From: Balanoglossus misakiensis
Lineage: Eukaryota; Animalia; Hemichordata
Direction of reading: 5' to 3'
Assembly (NCBI GenBank): GCA_040954595.2
Contig: CM082579.2
Location: 16,404,956 to 16,434,103 of the forward strand
Length of the DNA stretch: 29,148 nt
This document shows, one piece after another, positions 23,928-29,148 of the stretch (position 1 is its first letter; every line of letters starts with the position of its first letter). Made by a program: the position numbers and the translations under genes. The notes beneath the pieces are model-generated. The model was not told where the DNA came from, did not search any database, and saw nothing but the letters and a program-made list of their open reading frames with translations.

Positions 23928-26900
23928 CCATGATTTTTTTTCAAAAATCGACGAAATTTTGAGATTTTGCAAAGAGGAAAATTTGTCATTTTTTCATGAT
24001 TTTCCCCCATGATTTTTTTCAAAAATCGACGAAATTTTGAGATTTTGCAAAGTCGACTAAAATGTGTCATTTTTTGATGATTTTCAACTTTTTTTTTTTC
24101 AAAATTTGTCATTTTTTGATGATTTTCACTCATGTTTTTTTTTTTAAAAATCGACGAACCTATGATTTTTTTCAAAATCGACGAAATTTTGTGATTTTAC
24201 AAAGTCGAAAATTTTGTCATTTTTTGATGATTTTCAACCATGATTTTTTTTCAAAAATCGACGAAAATTTGAGATTTTGCAAAGACGAAAATTTGTCATT
24301 TTTGATGATTTTTACCCATGATTTTTTTTCAAAAATGGACGAAATTTTGAGATTTTGCAAAGACGAAAATTTGTCATTTTTTGATGATTTTCACCCATGA
24401 TTTTTTTTCAAAAATCGACGAAATTTTGAGATTTTGCAAAGAGGAAAATTTGTCATTTTTTCATGATTTTCCCCCATGATTTTTTTCAAAAATCGACGAA
24501 ATTTTGTGATTTTACAAAGTCGAAAATTTTGTCATTTTTTGATGAATTTCAACCATGATTTTTTTTCAAAAATCGACGAAAATTTGAGATTTTGCAAAGA
24601 CGAAAATTTGTCATTTTTGATGATTTTTACCCATGATTTTTTTTCAAAAATGGACGAAATTTTGAGATTTTGCAAAGACGAAAATTTGTCATTTTTTGAT
24701 GATTTTCACCCATGATTTTTTTTCAAAAATCGACGAAATTTTGAGATTTTGCAAAGAGGAAAATTTGTCATTTTTTCATGATTTTCCCCCATGATTTTTT
24801 TCAAAAATCGACGAAATTTTGTGATTTTACAAAGTCGAAAATTTTGTCATTTTTTGATGATTTTCAACCATGATTTTTTTTCAAAAATCGACGAAAATTT
24901 GAGATTTTGCAAAGACGAAAATTTGTCATTTTTGATGATTTTTACCCATGATTTTTTTTCAAAAATGGACGAAATTTTGAGATTTTGCAAAGACGAAAAT
25001 TTGTCATTTTTTGATGATTTTCACCCATGATTTTTTTTCAAAAATCGACGAAATTTTGAGATTTTGCAAAGTCGTAAATGTGTCATTTTTTGATGATTTT
25101 CACCAGTTTTTTTTTTTCAAAATTTGTCATTTTTTCATGATTTTCCCCCATGATTTTTTTTCAAAAATCGACGAAAATTTGAGATTTTGCAAAGACGAAA
25201 ATTTGTCATTTTTGATGATTTTTACCCATGATTTTTTTTCAAAAATGGACGAAATTTTGAGATTTTGCAAAGACGAAAATTTGTCATTTTTTCATGATTT
25301 TCACCCATGATTTTTTTCAAAAATCGACGAATTTTGAGATTTTGCAAAGAGGAAAATTTGTCATTTTTTCATGATTTTCCCCCATGATTTTTTTCAAAAA
25401 TCGACGAAAATTTGAGATTTTGCAAAGACGAAAATTTGTCATTTTTGATGATTTTTACCCATGATTTTTTTTCAAAAATCGACGAAATTTTGAGATTTTG
25501 CAAAGAGGAAAATTTGTCATTTTTTCATGATTTTCCCCCATGATTTTTTTCAAAAATCGACGAAATTTTGAGATTTTGCAAAGAGGAAAATTTGTCATTT
25601 TTTCATGATTTTCCCCCATGATTTTTTTCAAAAATCGACGAAATTTTGAGATTTTGCAAAGTCGACTAAAATGTGTCATTTTTTGATGATTTTCACCCGT
25701 TTTTTTTCAAAATTTGTCATTTTTTGATGATTTTCACCCATGTTTTTTTTTTAAAAAATCGACGAACCTATGATTTTTTTCAAAATCGACGAAATTTTGT
25801 GATTTTACAAAGTCGAAAATTTTGTCATTTTTTGATGATTTTCAACCATGATTTTTTTTCAAAAATCGACGAAAATTTGAGATTTTGCAAAGACAAAAAT
25901 TTGTCATTTTTGATGATTTTTACCCATGATTTTTTTTCAAAAATGGACGAAATTTTGAGATTTTGCAAAGAGGAAAATTTGTCATTTTTTCATGATTTTC
26001 CCCCATGATTTTTTTCAAAAATCGACGAAATTTTGTGATTTTACAAAGTCGAAAATTTTGTCATTTTTTGATGATTTTCAACCATGATTTTTTTTCAAAA
26101 ATCGACGAAAATTTGAGATTTTGCAAAGACGAAAATTTGTCATTTTTTGATGATTTTCACCCATGATTTTTTTTCAAAAAACGACGAAATTTTGAGATTT
26201 TGCAAAGAGGAAAATTTGTCATTTTTTGATGATTTTCACCCATGTCTTTTTTCAAAAATCGACGAAATTTTGAGATTTTGCAAAGAGGAAAATTTGTCAT
26301 TTTTTGATGATTTTCAACAATGATTTTTTTTCAAAAATCGACGAAATTTTGAGATTTTGCAGTCAAAAATTTGTCATTTTTTGATGATTTTCAACAATTT
26401 TTTTAAAAAATCGACGAAAATTTGAGATTTTGCAGTAAAAAATTTGTCATTTTTTGATGATTTTCACCCATGATTTTTTCAAAATTGGCAAAATTTTGAG
26501 ATTTTGTAGTCGTTAATTTGTAATTTTTTGATGATTTTCCCCCATGATTTTTTTCAAAAATCAACGAAATTTTGAGATTTTGCAAAGTCGACGAAAATGT
26601 GTAATTTTTTGATGATTTTCACCCATTTTTTTTCAAAAATCGACGAAATTTTGAGATTTTGCAAAGAGGAAAATTTGTCATTTTTTGATGATTTTCAACC
26701 ATGATTTTTTTTCAAAAATCGACGAAAATTTGAGATTTTGCAAAGATGAAAATCTGTCATTTTTGATGATTTTTACCCATAATTTTTTTTCAGAAATGGA
26801 CGAAATTTTGAGATTTTGCGAAGACGAAAATTTGTCATTTTTTGATGATTTTCACCCATGATTTTTTTTCAAAAATGGACGAAATTTTGAGATTTTGCAA

Positions 26901-27191
26901 AGACGAAAATTTGTCATTTTTTGATGATTTTCCCCCATGATTTTTTTCAAAAATCAACGAAATTTTGAGATTTTGCAAAGTCGAAAATTTGTCATTTTTA
27001 GATGATTTTCACCCGTCTTTTTTAAAAAAATCACCCCATGATTTTTTTCAAAAATCGACGAAAATTTGAGATTTTGCAAAGACGAAAATTTGTCATTTTT
27101 GATGATTTTTACCCATGATTTTTTTTCAAAAATGGACGAAATTTTGAGATTTTGCAAAGACGAAAATTTGTCATTTTTTGATGATTTTCAC
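23928..27191. repeat. 3264-bp higher-order repeat, full copy 3
   Basis: ORF offset 23924 to 27188 is 3264, with the same markers as copies 1 and 2. Confidence 0.93.
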
Positions 27192-28562
27192 CCATGATTT
27201 TTTTTCAAAAATCGACGAAATTTTGAGATTTTGCAAAGAGGAAAATTTGTCATTTTTTCATGATTTTCCCCCATGATTTTTTTCAAAAATCGACGAAATT
27301 TTGAGATTTTGCAAAGTCGACTAAAATGTGTCATTTTTTGATGATTTTCAACTTTTTTTTTTTCAAAATTTGTCATTTTTTGATGATTTTCACTCATGTT
27401 TTTTTTTTTAAAAATCGACGAACCTATGATTTTTTTCAAAATCGACGAAATTTTGTGATTTTACAAAGTCGAAAATTTTGTCATTTTTTGATGATTTTCA
27501 ACCATGATTTTTTTTCAAAAATCGACGAAAATTTGAGATTTTGCAAAGACGAAAATTTGTCATTTTTGATGATTTTTACCCATGATTTTTTTTCAAAAAT
27601 GGACGAAATTTTGAGATTTTGCAAAGACGAAAATTTGTCATTTTTTGATGATTTTCACCCATGATTTTTTTTCAAAAATCGACGAAATTTTGAGATTTTG
27701 CAAAGAGGAAAATTTGTCATTTTTTCATGATTTTCCCCCATGATTTTTTTCAAAAATCGACGAAATTTTGAGATTTTGCAAAGTCGAAAATTTGTCATTT
27801 TTAGATGATTTTCACCCGTCTTTTTTAAAAAAATCACCCCATGATTTTTTTCAAAAATCGACGAAAATTTGAGATTTTGCAAAGACGAAAATTTGTCATT
27901 TTTGATGATTTTTACCCATGATTTTTTTTCAAAAATGGACGAAATTTTGAGATTTTGCAAAGACGAAAATTTGTCATTTTTTGATGATTTTCACCCATGA
28001 TTTTTTTTCAAAAATCGACGAAATTTTGAGATTTTGCAAAGAGGAAAATTTGTCATTTTTTCATGATTTTCCCCCATGATTTTTTTCAAAAATCGACGAA
28101 ATTTTGAGATTTTGCAAAGTCGACTAAAATGTGTCATTTTTTGATGATTTTCAACTTTTTTTTTTTCAAAATTTGTCATTTTTTGATGATTTTCACTCAT
28201 GTTTTTTTTTTTAAAAATCGACGAACCTATGATTTTTTTCAAAATCGACGAAATTTTGTGATTTTACAAAGTCGAAAATTTTGTCATTTTTTGATGATTT
28301 TCAACCATGATTTTTTTTCAAAAATCGACGAAAATTTGAGATTTTGCAAAGACGAAAATTTGTCATTTTTGATGATTTTTACCCATGATTTTTTTTCAAA
28401 AATGGACGAAATTTTGAGATTTTGCAAAGACGAAAATTTGTCATTTTTTGATGATTTTCACCCATGATTTTTTTTCAAAAATCGACGAAATTTTGAGATT
28501 TTGCAAAGAGGAAAATTTGTCATTTTTTCATGATTTTCCCCCATGATTTTTTTCAAAAATCG
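26957..28562. repeat. 803-bp tandem duplication spanning the HOR unit boundary (26957-27759 and 27760-28562)
   Basis: ORF offsets 27188/27991 and 27326/28129 are 803. The marker TTTTTAGATG..CCCGTCTTTTTTAAAAAAATCACCCC occurs at ~27000 and again at ~27803. Confidence 0.9.
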
Positions 28563-29148
28563 ACGAAATTTTGTGATTTTACAAAGTCGAAAATTTTGTC
28601 ATTTTTTGATGAATTTCAACCATGATTTTTTTTCAAAAATCGACGAAAATTTGAGATTTTGCAAAGACGAAAATTTGTCATTTTTGATGATTTTTACCCA
28701 TGATTTTTTTTCAAAAATGGACGAAATTTTGAGATTTTGCAAAGACGAAAATTTGTCATTTTTTGATGATTTTCACCCATGATTTTTTTTCAAAAATCGA
28801 CGAAATTTTGAGATTTTGCAAAGAGGAAAATTTGTCATTTTTTCATGATTTTCCCCCATGATTTTTTTCAAAAATCGACGAAATTTTGTGATTTTACAAA
28901 GTCGAAAATTTTGTCATTTTTTGATGATTTTCAACCATGATTTTTTTTCAAAAATCGACGAAAATTTGAGATTTTGCAAAGACGAAAATTTGTCATTTTT
29001 GATGATTTTTACCCATGATTTTTTTTCAAAAATGGACGAAATTTTGAGATTTTGCAAAGACGAAAATTTGTCATTTTTTGATGATTTTCACCCATGATTT
29101 TTTTTCAAAAATCGACGAAATTTTGAGATTTTGCAAAGTCGTAAATGT
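27995..29148. repeat. Partial further HOR copy cut by the window end
   Basis: Colinear with 13115-14268, including the GATGAATTTC variant, and ends in the GTCGTAAATGT monomer. Confidence 0.9.

Larger units (their letters stand above)
1..29148. repeat. Tandem satellite DNA array, ~79-bp monomer, all copies head-to-tail in one orientation; extends beyond both window ends
   Basis: The motif CCATGATTTTTTT(T)CAAAAAT(C/G)GACGAAA(A/T)TTTGAGATTTTGCAAAG(AC/AG/TC)GAAAATTTGTCATTTTT(T)(G/C)ATGATTTT recurs every 78-80 bp across the entire window. The hand-counted consensus is 79 bp (33 T, 25 A, 21 G+C). No non-repeat sequence or inverted block was seen. Confidence 0.99.

Noticed and set aside
222-29097. 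About 75 short F/K/I/D-rich ORFs (60-140 aa) on both strands
   Set aside because: They are translations of the satellite. The 79-bp monomer is not a multiple of three, frames shift with homopolymer length, and no recognisable domain is present. The lack of TpA removes most TAA/TAG stops and so inflates ORF length.
1-29148. CRISPR-like array (palindromic repeat at regular spacing)
   Set aside because: There are no unique spacers, the entire period is repeated, and there are no cas genes.
1-29148. CENP-B box on the minus strand (TTCG in TTTCGTCG and TTTTCGTC)
   Set aside because: Only the TTCG core matches; the downstream A and CGGG of TTCGnnnnAnnCGGG are missing.
1-29148. Poly-T phase-variation tracts or intrinsic terminators
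   Set aside because: There are no genes to regulate and no GC-rich stems. T-run lengths are mostly characteristic of monomer type, and the longest runs are prone to sequencing error.
1-29148. Telomeric repeat, rDNA spacer, tRNA/5S array or transposon insertion
   Set aside because: I saw no short G-rich telomere unit, RNA gene motifs, terminal repeats with target-site duplications, or non-satellite sequence.
1-29148. Assignment to a specific organism or named satellite family
   Set aside because: I cannot reliably match the monomer to a known family without a database search.

Overview
The whole 29.1-kb window is one uninterrupted head-to-tail tandem array of an AT-rich (~27% GC) ~79-bp satellite monomer (consensus CCATGATTTTTTTTCAAAAATCGACGAAATTTTGAGATTTTGCAAAGACGAAAATTTGTCATTTTTTGATGATTTTCAC). 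I see no unique sequence, genes, RNA genes, transposons or CRISPR array, and the short ORFs are translations of the repeat. The informative signal is a nested hierarchy: 79-bp monomer, 315-bp 4-mer, ~1.5-1.7-kb modules, a 3264-bp higher-order repeat (HOR), and a ~5.2-5.6-kb long+short super-unit. The left third is heterogeneous and holds separate copies of the two modules that are fused in the homogeneous HOR on the right. This is most consistent with eukaryotic satellite, possibly centromeric or pericentromeric, DNA. The organism and any function cannot be established from the sequence alone.
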